Of a DNA stretch of 64,000 nucleotides, positions 11,325 to 21,630 are shown one piece after another. Each line of letters starts with the position of its first letter. The first letter of the stretch is position 1. Location: the NCBI RefSeq assembly GCF_057098645.1, contig NZ_CM169472.1; one strand, 5' to 3'. The position numbers and the translations under genes are program-made. The notes beneath the pieces are model-generated. The model searched no databases. It saw nothing but the letters and a program-made list of their open reading frames with translations, and was not told the origin of the DNA.

Positions 11325-12677
11325 GTGTTTATTGGTTTTGATTACGGTACAGCAAACTGTTCAGTGGCGGTCATGCGTGACGGTAAACCGCAATTACTGA
11401 AAATGGAAAACGACAGCACGCTGCTGCCTTCAATGCTTTGCGCGCCAACGCGTGAAGCAGTAAGTGAATGGCTGTACCGCCATCATGATGTTCCGGCAGA
11501 CGACGATGAAACGCAGGCGCTGTTATGTCGGGCGATTCGTTATAACCGCGAAGAAGATATCGATGTTACGGCGAAAAGCGTGCAGTTCGGTCTTTCCTCA
11601 CTGGCACAGTACATTGATGATCCAGAAGAAGTGTGGTTTGTGAAATCACCAAAATCGTTCCTCGGTGCCAGCGGCTTAAAACCGCAGCAGGTAGCGCTGT
11701 TTGAGGATCTGGTCTGCGCAATGATGTTGCACATTCGCCAGCAGGCGCAGGCGCAGCTGCCAGAAGCGATTACTCAGGCGGTGATTGGTCGCCCGATCAA
11801 CTTCCAGGGGCTGGGCGGCGATGAAGCAAACGCCCAGGCGCAAGGGATTCTGGAACGCGCGGCGAAGCGTGCCGGATTCAGGGACGTGGTATTCCAGTAC
11901 GAGCCGGTCGCGGCTGGGCTGGATTACGAAGCCACCTTGCAGGAAGAAAAACGGGTGCTGGTGGTGGATATCGGCGGTGGTACGACTGACTGTTCATTGC
12001 TGCTGATGGGACCGCAGTGGCGTTCGCGTCTCGATCGTGAAGCCAGCCTGCTGGGTCACAGTGGTTGTCGTATTGGCGGTAACGATCTGGATATCGCCCT
12101 GGCGTTTAAAAACCTGATGCCACTGCTGGGTATGGGTGGCGAAACCGAAAAAGGCATCGCCCTGCCGATCCTGCCGTGGTGGAATGCGGTTGCCATCAAC
12201 GACGTACCTGCGCAGAGTGATTTCTACAGTAGTGCCAACGGTCGTCTGCTTAACGATCTGGTACGCGATGCCCGCGAACCGGAAAAAGTGGCCCTGTTAC
12301 AGAAAGTCTGGCGTCAGCGTTTAAGCTATCGCCTGGTGCGTAGCGCAGAAGAGTGCAAAATTGCTCTTTCAAGCGTAGCGGAAACCCGCGCCTCACTGCC
12401 GTTTATCAGCAATGAACTGGCTACGCTGATTAGCCAGCGAGGGCTGGAAAGCGCCCTCAGCCAGCCACTGACGCGGATTCTGGAACAGGTGCAACTGGCC
12501 CTGGATAACGCCCAGGAAAAACCGGACGTTATCTACCTGACCGGCGGTAGCGCCCGTTCTCCGCTGATTAAAAAAGCGCTGGCAGAACAGTTGCCGGGCA
12601 TTCCGATTGCAGGCGGCGATGACTTTGGCTCCGTCACCGCCGGGCTGGCACGCTGGGCGGAAGTGGTGTTTCGTTAA
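11325..12677 (+). CDS. yegD: Hsp70/actin-fold ATPase-like protein of unknown function
   Basis: 450-aa ORF with Hsp70 phosphate-1-like FIGFDYGTANCSVAV and phosphate-2-like VVVDIGGGTTDCSLL motifs; no obvious substrate-binding domain. Confidence 0.85.
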   Translation: MFIGFDYGTANCSVAVMRDGKPQLLKMENDSTLLPSMLCAPTREAVSEWLYRHHDVPADDDETQALLCRAIRYNREEDIDVTAKSVQFGLSSLAQYIDDPEEVWFVKSPKSFLGASGLKPQQVALFEDLVCAMMLHIRQQAQAQLPEAITQAVIGRPINFQGLGGDEANAQAQGILERAAKRAGFRDVVFQYEPVAAGLDYEATLQEEKRVLVVDIGGGTTDCSLLLMGPQWRSRLDREASLLGHSGCRIGGNDLDIALAFKNLMPLLGMGGETEKGIALPILPWWNAVAINDVPAQSDFYSSANGRLLNDLVRDAREPEKVALLQKVWRQRLSYRLVRSAEECKIALSSVAETRASLPFISNELATLISQRGLESALSQPLTRILEQVQLALDNAQEKPDVIYLTGGSARSPLIKKALAEQLPGIPIAGGDDFGSVTAGLARWAEVVFR

Positions 12678-12689
12678 TTGAAAAATGGC

Positions 12690-14639
12690 TCAGCAGCGGC
12701 TTAAATCTGCCTGCGCCTGAGCCAGTTTTTCTGCTGCCTGACGTAACGGTTCCATCAACGGCATGGTCCGTGCTGGAGCATGAAGGCGGAATCGCTGCAA
12801 CTCTGTCGCGCCGACTGTCAACGCCGATTCCAGCCGATGTCGTTTGGCGGTCATTTTCGCCATTACCGCTTGTCTGTCTGCTGGCGTTATCGCTTCATTC
12901 GGCCTGAACACAAAACGGCGTTCACAGCTCGCTTTCCAGTCGATAACCGCCTGGGTCAGATGGTCGCCAAACCCTTTCACTTGCTTAACGCCACGACGGG
13001 TAACATCTGCGGCTGTTTCAATACCAAAAGACCGTAACGCCGCTTTACGCGCAGGGCCAACGCCGGGAATAGAGGCAACATCAATAAAAAATCCCTCCAG
13101 AAACTTCTGCTTCTGCCGTTCCCTTGCAGTGTCATGAAGTGCTGCCAGAGCGCGTTTCTCTTCTTCCGGTAACCCGAGAATTTCGTCCTTCATTTTTTCG
13201 AGCATCGTCCGTTTGGCGATAAAACCTTCCAGGCCGCCTACCTGCTGGATCTGGCGGACTAAATGGTCATAGTCCATTTTCGCACGATTAAATGCCTCAC
13301 GGCGTTGCTGAACTTCTGCTTTGTACGCTTTGCTTGTCAGACTGCCAATAATCCAGATAGCCGCCAGCACAGGAACCAAAATAATATAACGCGGTTCTGC
13401 CTGAAGGCCGCAAAGCAGCAGCGATAATGCTGACAGTGCGATCTCAAGCAGAATGATGTATTCGCGCCGTAACAGGCCTAAAGGAAGCGGCCTGCCAGTC
13501 GGTTGGAAATGATCGGGTAATGGCAGTTGCAATGCTGGCGGTGCTACTGACGCCATCACCATCGCCCAGACTTTCGCCAGCACAAAATTCCCGCCGGTGG
13601 TAATGACCTCTTCGCCGAGATCAATAAAATAGATAACGCCTTGATTATCCAGCGTACACCACGGGCAGTCGGTCAAATGAGCGGGATAAACATGCATTGC
13701 CGAAACGGTACATTTCTTTAACTGTTGGCGTAGAGAATCCAGTGCTGCTACCCACGCTTTAGCCGTCGGACGCCCGGTTGCTACACCACTTTCCGTAAAC
13801 GCCTGCTGAAACATGGCTTCAACATCGCCCGGTAACATCGACAGCGGAATCGATCGTGGCGGCGGTTTTAAACCACGTCGCTGATTATCTGACGCGTAGG
13901 CATAACGGAAATGGGCAATATCCGTCTCCAGCGCATTACCCGCATCAGAGATAAGCGGCACACCAGAATAAGGATGCCGCCCACCAAACAAGACGTGAAA
14001 AATAAGCAACGCAAGGCCAAAATTATCGTGATTCGCGGTACGTTCAAAACCGACAAATGATGGCAAGGTTTGTAGCTCTGGCGGCGTAAAATGCGACACG
14101 CCGACTTCGCATAAATGCAGTGTGCCATTGGCGTTAATCTGAAAGGAGTCACTATCGATCAACACCACTTTGCTGTCGCGACCTACCATAAAGCTGTTCT
14201 GGTTTACGTCCCCCACGACGTGCCCGTGCTCGTGAACCGTAGCAAAAGATGAAGCAATATTGCGCGCAACATAGAGTAGAAAATCCCACGCACAATGAGG
14301 GTAACTCTGGCGACGATGTGCCGGGCTATAGATCATATGAATCGGTTCTTTACCAGAAACTTTTGGCATCATAAAACCGATAACTTTTCCGCCTCGCCCA
14401 CCGTGAAGCGTTGCCTGCGGCCAGGCGACATAATTCAACAACTGCGCGTCAGCTGTCGCAGCCATAAAGGCAAGTTTGTCCTGTTTTAAGGCGGGTGGCG
14501 GCGTGTGATAAATCTTGGCGACGCTATCGGCAAACTCCTCGATATCATAAACCGCACCTTCACCGCCTTTGCCCAGTTCACGGCCTGGCGTAACGCACTC
14601 ACCAGTAGCAGTATATAAAGTGGGTTTCATGGTAACCAC
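12690..14639 (-). CDS. yegI: Atypical membrane Ser/Thr protein kinase-like protein (N-terminal kinase-like domain, central TM segments, C-terminal helix-hairpin-helix-like region)
   Basis: 649-aa ORF; glycine-rich loop GKGGEGAVYD, lysine in VAKIY, catalytic-loop-like HVVGDVNQN, DFG-like IDSDSF, hydrophobic TM stretch (YIILLEIALSALSLLLCGL...VPVLAAIWIIGSL). Confidence 0.8.
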   Translation of the reverse strand: MVTMKPTLYTATGECVTPGRELGKGGEGAVYDIEEFADSVAKIYHTPPPALKQDKLAFMAATADAQLLNYVAWPQATLHGGRGGKVIGFMMPKVSGKEPIHMIYSPAHRRQSYPHCAWDFLLYVARNIASSFATVHEHGHVVGDVNQNSFMVGRDSKVVLIDSDSFQINANGTLHLCEVGVSHFTPPELQTLPSFVGFERTANHDNFGLALLIFHVLFGGRHPYSGVPLISDAGNALETDIAHFRYAYASDNQRRGLKPPPRSIPLSMLPGDVEAMFQQAFTESGVATGRPTAKAWVAALDSLRQQLKKCTVSAMHVYPAHLTDCPWCTLDNQGVIYFIDLGEEVITTGGNFVLAKVWAMVMASVAPPALQLPLPDHFQPTGRPLPLGLLRREYIILLEIALSALSLLLCGLQAEPRYIILVPVLAAIWIIGSLTSKAYKAEVQQRREAFNRAKMDYDHLVRQIQQVGGLEGFIAKRTMLEKMKDEILGLPEEEKRALAALHDTARERQKQKFLEGFFIDVASIPGVGPARKAALRSFGIETAADVTRRGVKQVKGFGDHLTQAVIDWKASCERRFVFRPNEAITPADRQAVMAKMTAKRHRLESALTVGATELQRFRLHAPARTMPLMEPLRQAAEKLAQAQADLSRC

Positions 14640-15388
14640 AGCGCCAGTGCCAACGTTTTATCATCATCGGTACGCTCGTTTACCGCCGGGCTCGACAAAA
14701 ACTGCTTTAACAATTCAGGTAATAAATCGAGTTGTTCCTGCGTTGCTGCCGCCAGTCCATTGAAAAACGGGGTAAAGAAAGGCACATGCGGAGAATTATC
14801 CAGCATATTTAACGCCAGTCGCTGAATACCATCCGTAAATGCTGCAACTTTATGCGCACGCTCAGTGCTGGTGAAAGTTTCCAGTCTGGAAACAGCATCT
14901 TCATCGCTAATGAAATGCGTCATATTGGCATATTCACCCACCATCGGCGTGAGCAGCAGTTCCAGACCACGACCAAAATCCACCACTACACCGCCGTCGC
15001 CAATTTGCATAATCAATGTGCCGTTAGCCGATGAAATCAATCCCAGAAACGTGCAGGCAAAATCGCGAACTGCTAATGCTTTGGCTTCTGCCTCGGCAAA
15101 AAGTCGTTGACGAATGGTCAGTACCATATTTGTGGCGAGGACATCATTAAGCCCCAATTCACCGTCCTGTACTTTTTGCACCATAAACGCCATCGCTTCA
15201 TTGACGGCGAGCTTCGCGCCTTCTCCTCCCTGCGAAACGCTACCTGCGCCATCAGCAAGGAACATCACCAGTAATGGCTGCTGGTCATTTAGCCAGGCAA
15301 CCTGCATCTGGCAGGCATCCTGACAAGGTAAATCAGCGCTAATGTGCGACGTTCCAACAGCGGATGCATAAACCAGACGCCAGCTCAC
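14627..15388 (-). CDS. pphC: PP2C-family Ser/Thr protein phosphatase
   Basis: 253-aa ORF with PP2C-type acidic metal-binding motifs ([12 protein letters not shown]); start overlaps yegL stop (ATGA) and its 3' end overlaps the yegI start by 13 nt. Confidence 0.8.
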   Translation of the reverse strand: MSWRLVYASAVGTSHISADLPCQDACQMQVAWLNDQQPLLVMFLADGAGSVSQGGEGAKLAVNEAMAFMVQKVQDGELGLNDVLATNMVLTIRQRLFAEAEAKALAVRDFACTFLGLISSANGTLIMQIGDGGVVVDFGRGLELLLTPMVGEYANMTHFISDEDAVSRLETFTSTERAHKVAAFTDGIQRLALNMLDNSPHVPFFTPFFNGLAAATQEQLDLLPELLKQFLSSPAVNERTDDDKTLALALWLP

Positions 15389-16044
15389 ACTGACGTCCAG
15401 CCTTTTGGCGCTTCCAGCACAACTTCCGTTCCCGGCGTGGAGCGGGAAACCGAACGCAGTGAACTGGATAACCAGCTAAACAGTTCGCGGAATTGTAATC
15501 CCTGCAGAGACAAAGGCTGACGGACGCTGATTTGGGCCAGCGTCTTCATATCCGCCCCCTGAACACCGATGGAAAAGAAGGCAAACTTCTTATCTTCTTC
15601 CCCCTGAAACACTTTGTTGGCGGCAGCCTGCCACTCATCGGTTGGAGCGCCATCGGTGATCAGGAAAATCCACGGGCGATAATACGAAATACCATTTGCA
15701 CGATACTCACGTTTCCGCTCCTCTACCATATCCAGGGCTTTGGTAATGGCGGCACCCATTGGTGTATCGCCCTGGGCAAACAGAATGGGCGGGAAAAAAT
15801 TAGCGGCGCTGGTAAAGGGTTGTTCCACATGCACCGGGCCGAACGTCACAATACCAAGTTCCACTCTTTTTAAGGCCAGCGGGTCGGCAAGCAGCTCATC
15901 GCGAAAGGTAACCAATCCGGCGTTAAGTTCATTAATGGGTCTACCGTTCATCGAACCAGAAACATCCAGCAGCAAAATGCAGGGGCAACGTGGTTCCGGG
16001 TTACTGGCAAAATCGCTGGTGGCAAACGTGATTTGTTCGCTCAT
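15385..16044 (-). CDS. yegL: von Willebrand factor A (vWA) domain protein, TerY-like
   Basis: 219-aa ORF with MIDAS motif DVSGSM (DxSxS) and downstream TDG, the vWA signature. Confidence 0.8.
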   Translation of the reverse strand: MSEQITFATSDFASNPEPRCPCILLLDVSGSMNGRPINELNAGLVTFRDELLADPLALKRVELGIVTFGPVHVEQPFTSAANFFPPILFAQGDTPMGAAITKALDMVEERKREYRANGISYYRPWIFLITDGAPTDEWQAAANKVFQGEEDKKFAFFSIGVQGADMKTLAQISVRQPLSLQGLQFRELFSWLSSSLRSVSRSTPGTEVVLEAPKGWTSV

Positions 16045-16227
16045 AAGAAATCCTTTCTTAGAGAATTATTGAGGTCCGGTATCATACCGATTGCAATAAT
16101 GAAATAAGAGCAAACGAAGAAACTTTCAGAATTAGGCCCGGCGGCGCAGAAAATTTTGCTATTCGCCTCGCAAGAACGGAGAGCCGTCGATTGACACTAA
16201 GGGCGGAGTGACATAATTACAGGAGTG

Positions 16228-16375
16228 AGGGTTAGGGAGAAGTTTCCCCCTCCCCCTGGTGTTCTTAGTAAGCCTGGAAGCTAATCACTAAGAGTATCAC
16301 CAGTATGATGACGTGCTTCATCATAACCCTTTCCTTATTTAAAAGCCCTCTTCTCCGGGAGAGGGTTCCCCGTTT
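16228..16375 (+). ncRNA. sibA: Sib antitoxin sRNA, copy 1 (boundaries approximate)
   Basis: Starts just downstream of TTGACA...TAATTA; fully antisense to ibs ORF 1; ends at hairpin ccctcttctccgggagaggg plus T-run. Confidence 0.55.
16265..16324 (-). CDS. ibsA: Ibs-type hydrophobic toxin peptide, copy 1 (MMKHVIILVILLVISFQAY)
   Basis: 19-codon ORF with tandem ATG start and strongly hydrophobic sequence typical of Ibs toxins. Confidence 0.6.
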   Translation of the reverse strand: MMKHVIILVILLVISFQAY

Positions 16376-16556
16376 TAGCGTCCCGCTGAAATCGTCGGCT
16401 TACCTCCTTTCGCCCTGAATGCAGTCTATCGCTGACTTGCGGATAAAATAGTTTCAAGTGTGATTATTGCGTAACGACTCGCAAAGAATATTTGCTGGCA
16501 GGATCGCAGACTGCAAAGCCTGCAGATTGACAATCTTATCGTGAAGGCATACTTTC

Positions 16557-16703
16557 AGGAGTGAGGGTAGAGCGGGGTTTCCCCCGCCCTGGTAGTCTTA
16601 GTAAGCGGGGAAGCTTATGACTAAGAGCACCACGATGATGAGTAGCTTCATCATGACCCTTTCCTTATTTAAGGCCCCTTCCTCGGGAGGGGCTTTCCCG
16701 TTT
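16557..16703 (+). ncRNA. sibB: Sib antitoxin sRNA, copy 2 (boundaries approximate)
   Basis: Promoter TTGACA-N17-TACTTT; antisense to ibs ORF 2; terminator hairpin plus T-run. Confidence 0.55.
16598..16654 (-). CDS. ibsB: Ibs-type toxin peptide, copy 2 (MMKLLIIVVLLVISFPAY)
   Basis: 18-codon hydrophobic ORF antisense to Sib copy 2. Confidence 0.6.
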   Translation of the reverse strand: MMKLLIIVVLLVISFPAY

Positions 16704-16884
16704 CAGCGTCCCGCTGAAATCTTCGGCTTACCTCCTTTCGCCCTGTATGCAGTCTATCGCTGACTTGCGGATAAAATAGTTTCAAGTGTGATTATTGCGT
16801 AACGACTCGCAAAGAATATTTGCTGGCAGGATCGCAGACTGCAAAGCCTGCAGATTGACAATCTTATCGTGAAGGCATACTTTC

Positions 16885-17031
16885 AGGAGTGAGGGTAGAG
16901 CGGGGTTTCCCCCGCCCTGGTAGTCTTAGTATGCTGGGTAGCTAATCACTAAGAGCACCACGATGATGAGTATCTTCATCATGACCCTTTCCTTATTTAT
17001 GGCCCCTTCCTCGGGAGGGGCTTTCCCGTTT
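16885..17031 (+). ncRNA. Sib antitoxin sRNA, copy 3 (boundaries approximate)
   Basis: Third repeat of the promoter/sRNA/terminator block. Confidence 0.5.
16926..16982 (-). CDS. Ibs-type toxin peptide, copy 3 (MMKILIIVVLLVISYPAY)
   Basis: 18-codon hydrophobic ORF in the third repeat; two residue differences from copy 2. Confidence 0.55.
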   Translation of the reverse strand: MMKILIIVVLLVISYPAY

Positions 17032-17189
17032 CAGCGTCCCGCTGAAATCGTCGGCTTACCTCCTTTCGCCATGCAAGCAGTCTATCGCTAACGCGTAGAT
17101 AAAATAGTTTCCTGTGTTATTACTGGATGCGTGCTCGCAAATGTGCCCGCCATTCAGACGATTCCCGATAGTGTTTCATAATTCCTCCA

Positions 17190-17207
17190 TTTTTCTCCCT
17201 TATTGGC
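17190..17207 (+). promoter_or_regulatory. BaeR response-regulator binding box upstream of mdtA
   Basis: TTTTTCTCCCTTATTGGC, about 55 nt upstream of the mdtA start; closely matches the published BaeR box as I recall it (TTTTTCTCCATDATTGGC). Confidence 0.5.
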
Positions 17208-17260
17208 TGGCTACACTAGTATCATTCCGCGAAACGTTTCAGGAAGAGAAACTCTTAACG

Positions 17261-18508
17261 ATGAAAGGCAGTTATAAATCCCGTTGGGTAATCGTAATCG
17301 TGGTGGTTATCGCCGCCATCGCCGCATTCTGGTTCTGGCAAGGCCGCAATGACTCCCAGAGTGCAGCCCCAGGGGCGACGAAACAAGCGCAGCAATCGCC
17401 AGCGGGTGGTCGCCGTGGTATGCGTTCCGGCCCATTAGCCCCGGTTCAGGCGGCGACCGCCGTAGAACAGGCAGTTCCGCGTTACCTCACCGGGCTTGGC
17501 ACCATTACCGCTGCTAACACCGTTACGGTGCGCAGCCGCGTAGATGGTCAGTTGATGGCGTTACATTTCCAGGAAGGCCAGCAGGTCAAAGCAGGCGATT
17601 TACTGGCAGAAATTGACCCCAGCCAGTTCAAAGTTGCATTAGCACAAGCCCAGGGCCAACTGGCAAAAGATAAAGCCACGCTTGCCAACGCCCGCCGTGA
17701 CCTGGCGCGTTATCAACAACTGGTAAAAACCAATCTCGTATCTCGTCAGGAACTGGATGCCCAACAAGCGCTGGTCAGTGAAACCGAAGGCACCATTAAG
17801 GCTGATGAAGCAAGCGTCGCCAGCGCACAGCTGCAACTCGACTGGAGCCGCATCACCGCACCAGTCGATGGTCGCGTTGGTCTCAAGCAGGTTGATGTTG
17901 GTAACCAAATCTCCAGTGGTGATACCACCGGAATTGTGGTGATCACCCAGACGCATCCTATCGATTTGCTCTTTACCCTGCCGGAAAGCGATATCGCTAC
18001 CGTTGTGCAGGCGCAAAAAGCCGGAAAACCGCTGGTGGTAGAAGCCTGGGATCGCACCAACTCGAAGAAATTAAGTGAAGGCACGCTGTTAAGTCTCGAT
18101 AACCAAATCGATGCCACTACCGGTACGATTAAAGTGAAAGCACGCTTTAATAATCAGGATGATGCGCTGTTTCCCAATCAGTTTGTTAACGCGCGCATGT
18201 TAGTCGACACCGAACAAAACGCCGTAGTGATCCCAACAGCCGCCCTGCAAATGGGCAATGAAGGCCATTTTGTCTGGGTGCTGAATAGCGAAAACAAGGT
18301 CAGCAAACATCTGGTGACGCCGGGCATTCAGGACAGTCAGAAAGTGGTGATCCGCGCAGGTATTTCTGCGGGCGATCGCGTGGTGACAGACGGCATTGAT
18401 CGCCTGACCGAAGGGGCGAAAGTGGAAGTGGTGGAAGCCCAGAGCGCCACCACTCCGGAAGAGAAAGCCACCAGCCGCGAATACGCGAAAAAAGGAGCAC
18501 GCTCCTGA
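17261..18508 (+). CDS. mdtA: Multidrug efflux membrane fusion (periplasmic adaptor) protein MdtA
   Basis: ORF 17114..18508; likely start at [15 protein letters not shown] (17261), 415 aa; RND adaptor (HlyD-like) architecture. Confidence 0.9.
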   Translation: MKGSYKSRWVIVIVVVIAAIAAFWFWQGRNDSQSAAPGATKQAQQSPAGGRRGMRSGPLAPVQAATAVEQAVPRYLTGLGTITAANTVTVRSRVDGQLMALHFQEGQQVKAGDLLAEIDPSQFKVALAQAQGQLAKDKATLANARRDLARYQQLVKTNLVSRQELDAQQALVSETEGTIKADEASVASAQLQLDWSRITAPVDGRVGLKQVDVGNQISSGDTTGIVVITQTHPIDLLFTLPESDIATVVQAQKAGKPLVVEAWDRTNSKKLSEGTLLSLDNQIDATTGTIKVKARFNNQDDALFPNQFVNARMLVDTEQNAVVIPTAALQMGNEGHFVWVLNSENKVSKHLVTPGIQDSQKVVIRAGISAGDRVVTDGIDRLTEGAKVEVVEAQSATTPEEKATSREYAKKGARS

Positions 18509-21500
18509 TGCAGGTGTTACCCCCGAGCAGCACAGGCGGCCCGTCGCGCCTGTTTATTATGCGTCCTGTGGCCACCACGCTGCTGATGGTGGCGATCTTA
18601 CTCGCCGGGATTATCGGTTATCGCGCCCTGCCCGTTTCGGCGCTGCCGGAAGTGGACTATCCGACCATTCAGGTGGTCACGCTCTACCCAGGTGCGAGCC
18701 CGGATGTCATGACCTCTGCCGTTACCGCGCCGCTCGAACGCCAGTTCGGGCAGATGTCTGGTCTGAAACAGATGTCGTCGCAAAGTTCCGGCGGTGCGTC
18801 AGTTATCACTTTGCAGTTCCAGCTAACATTACCGCTGGATGTCGCCGAGCAGGAAGTACAGGCCGCGATTAACGCTGCGACCAACTTGTTGCCGAGCGAT
18901 CTGCCTAACCCGCCGGTTTACAGCAAAGTGAACCCGGCAGATCCGCCGATCATGACGCTCGCCGTCACCTCAACAGCCATGCCGATGACGCAAGTGGAAG
19001 ATATGGTGGAAACCCGCGTCGCGCAGAAAATCTCGCAGATTTCCGGCGTCGGCCTGGTGTCGCTTTCCGGCGGCCAGCGTCCGGCTGTTCGCGTCAAACT
19101 TAACGCTCAGGCGATTGCCGCCCTCGGCCTGACCAGCGAAACCGTGCGCACCGCCATTACCGGCGCTAACGTTAACTCGGCAAAAGGTAGCCTCGACGGC
19201 CCTTCCCGCGCGGTTACGCTTTCCGCGAACGACCAGATGCAATCCGCCGAAGAGTATCGCCAGTTGATTATCGCCTACCAGAACGGCGCGCCGATTCGTC
19301 TGGGCGATGTCGCAACTGTAGAGCAAGGTGCAGAAAACAGCTGGCTCGGCGCATGGGCGAACAAAGAACAGGCCATTGTGATGAATGTTCAGCGCCAGCC
19401 CGGTGCTAACATTATCTCCACCGCCGACAGCATCCGGCAGATGCTGCCACAGCTCACCGAGAGTTTGCCGAAATCGGTGAAGGTGACGGTACTTTCTGAC
19501 CGTACCACCAATATCCGCGCATCTGTCGATGATACTCAGTTTGAATTGATGATGGCTATCGCGCTGGTAGTCATGATTATCTACCTGTTTTTGCGCAATA
19601 TTCCGGCGACCATCATTCCCGGTGTTGCCGTGCCGCTGTCGTTAATCGGCACTTTTGCGGTTATGGTGTTTCTCGATTTTTCAATCAATAACCTGACACT
19701 GATGGCGTTAACTATCGCCACCGGATTCGTGGTCGATGACGCCATCGTGGTGATCGAAAACATTTCCCGCTATATCGAAAAAGGCGAAAAACCGTTGGCG
19801 GCGGCGCTCAAGGGCGCAGGTGAAATCGGCTTTACCATTATCTCGCTGACCTTCTCACTGATTGCGGTGTTGATCCCACTGCTGTTTATGGGCGATATCG
19901 TCGGGCGACTGTTCCGCGAATTTGCTATTACCCTGGCGGTAGCGATTTTGATCTCAGCGGTGGTGTCGCTGACCCTGACACCGATGATGTGCGCGCGGAT
20001 GCTCAGCCAGGAGTCGTTGCGTAAACAGAACCGCTTCTCCCGTGCCTCGGAAAAAATGTTCGACAGGATAATCGCCGCCTATGGTCGTGGACTGGCGAAA
20101 GTGCTGAATCATCCGTGGCTGACCTTAAGCGTGGCACTCAGCACGCTGCTGCTTAGCGTGCTGCTGTGGGTGTTCATTCCGAAAGGTTTCTTCCCGGTAC
20201 AGGACAATGGCATTATTCAGGGCACTTTGCAGGCACCGCAATCCAGCTCCTTTGCCAATATGGCCCAGCGACAACGCCAGGTCGCGGACGTGATTTTGCA
20301 GGATCCGGCAGTGCAAAGCCTGACCTCATTTGTTGGCGTTGATGGCACTAACCCGTCGCTGAACAGTGCACGTTTACAAATCAACCTCAAACCGTTGGAT
20401 GAACGTGATGATCGGGTGCAAAAAGTCATCGCCCGTCTGCAAACGGCGGTAGATAAAGTGCCGGGCGTCGATCTCTTCCTGCAACCAACGCAGGATCTGA
20501 CTATTGATACTCAGGTCAGCCGCACCCAGTACCAGTTTACCTTGCAGGCCACGTCACTGGATGCGCTCAGTACCTGGGTGCCACAGTTGATGGAAAAACT
20601 CCAGCAACTGCCACAGCTTTCTGATGTCTCCAGCGACTGGCAGGACAAAGGGCTGGTGGCGTATGTCAATGTTGATCGCGACAGCGCCAGCCGTCTGGGG
20701 ATCAGCATGGCGGATGTCGATAACGCCCTGTACAACGCGTTTGGTCAGCGGCTGATTTCCACTATTTATACTCAGGCCAACCAGTATCGCGTGGTGCTGG
20801 AGCACAACACCGAAAATACCCCAGGCCTCGCGGCGCTGGATACCATTCGCCTGACCAGCAGCGACGGCGGCGTGGTGCCGCTAAGCTCAATTGCCAAAAT
20901 TGAGCAGCGTTTTGCGCCGCTCTCCATCAACCATCTGGATCAGTTCCCGGTAACGACCATCTCCTTTAACGTGCCGGATAACTATTCGCTGGGCGATGCG
21001 GTGCAGGCGATTATGGACACCGAAAAGACGCTGAATCTGCCGGTGGATATCACCACGCAGTTCCAGGGCAGCACCCTCGCCTTCCAGTCGGCGCTGGGCA
21101 GCACTGTCTGGCTGATTGTCGCGGCGGTGGTGGCGATGTATATCGTGCTCGGCATTCTGTACGAGAGCTTTATTCACCCGATCACCATTCTCTCGACGCT
21201 ACCCACCGCAGGGGTTGGCGCACTGCTGGCGTTGCTGATTGCTGGTAGCGAACTGGATGTGATTGCGATTATCGGCATTATTTTGCTGATCGGTATCGTG
21301 AAGAAGAACGCCATCATGATGATCGACTTCGCGCTGGCTGCCGAGCGCGAGCAAGGCATGTCGCCGCGCGAGGCAATCTACCAGGCTTGTCTGTTGCGTT
21401 TTCGTCCGATCCTGATGACCACCCTGGCGGCTCTGCTTGGCGCGCTGCCGCTGATGTTGAGTACCGGGGTCGGCGCGGAACTGCGTCGTCCGTTAGGTAT

Positions 21501-21630
21501 CGGCATGGTCGGCGGCCTGATTGTCAGCCAGGTGCTGACGCTGTTCACCACGCCGGTGATTTATCTGCTGTTCGACCGCCTGGCATTGTGGACCAAAAGC
21601 CGCTTTGCCCGTCATGAAGAGGAGGCGTAA
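18508..21630 (+). CDS. mdtB: RND multidrug efflux transporter MdtB
   Basis: 1040-aa ORF, 12-TM RND permease with large periplasmic loops; start overlaps mdtA stop. Confidence 0.9.
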   Translation: MQVLPPSSTGGPSRLFIMRPVATTLLMVAILLAGIIGYRALPVSALPEVDYPTIQVVTLYPGASPDVMTSAVTAPLERQFGQMSGLKQMSSQSSGGASVITLQFQLTLPLDVAEQEVQAAINAATNLLPSDLPNPPVYSKVNPADPPIMTLAVTSTAMPMTQVEDMVETRVAQKISQISGVGLVSLSGGQRPAVRVKLNAQAIAALGLTSETVRTAITGANVNSAKGSLDGPSRAVTLSANDQMQSAEEYRQLIIAYQNGAPIRLGDVATVEQGAENSWLGAWANKEQAIVMNVQRQPGANIISTADSIRQMLPQLTESLPKSVKVTVLSDRTTNIRASVDDTQFELMMAIALVVMIIYLFLRNIPATIIPGVAVPLSLIGTFAVMVFLDFSINNLTLMALTIATGFVVDDAIVVIENISRYIEKGEKPLAAALKGAGEIGFTIISLTFSLIAVLIPLLFMGDIVGRLFREFAITLAVAILISAVVSLTLTPMMCARMLSQESLRKQNRFSRASEKMFDRIIAAYGRGLAKVLNHPWLTLSVALSTLLLSVLLWVFIPKGFFPVQDNGIIQGTLQAPQSSSFANMAQRQRQVADVILQDPAVQSLTSFVGVDGTNPSLNSARLQINLKPLDERDDRVQKVIARLQTAVDKVPGVDLFLQPTQDLTIDTQVSRTQYQFTLQATSLDALSTWVPQLMEKLQQLPQLSDVSSDWQDKGLVAYVNVDRDSASRLGISMADVDNALYNAFGQRLISTIYTQANQYRVVLEHNTENTPGLAALDTIRLTSSDGGVVPLSSIAKIEQRFAPLSINHLDQFPVTTISFNVPDNYSLGDAVQAIMDTEKTLNLPVDITTQFQGSTLAFQSALGSTVWLIVAAVVAMYIVLGILYESFIHPITILSTLPTAGVGALLALLIAGSELDVIAIIGIILLIGIVKKNAIMMIDFALAAEREQGMSPREAIYQACLLRFRPILMTTLAALLGALPLMLSTGVGAELRRPLGIGMVGGLIVSQVLTLFTTPVIYLLFDRLALWTKSRFARHEEEA

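Larger units (their letters stand above)
16225..17090. repeat. Tandem array of three about 328-bp Sib/Ibs type I toxin-antitoxin units
   Basis: Near-identical blocks recur with Ibs starts at 16324, 16654 and 16982 (spacing 330 and 328); each contains a sigma70-like promoter (TTGACA-N17-TAnnnT) on the + strand and a short hydrophobic ORF on the - strand. Confidence 0.8.

Noticed and set aside
16225-17090. The about 328-bp tandem repeats as a CRISPR array
   Set aside because: Repeat period is far too long, the units are near-identical throughout (no unique spacers), and each contains promoter/terminator/ORF features of Sib/Ibs loci.
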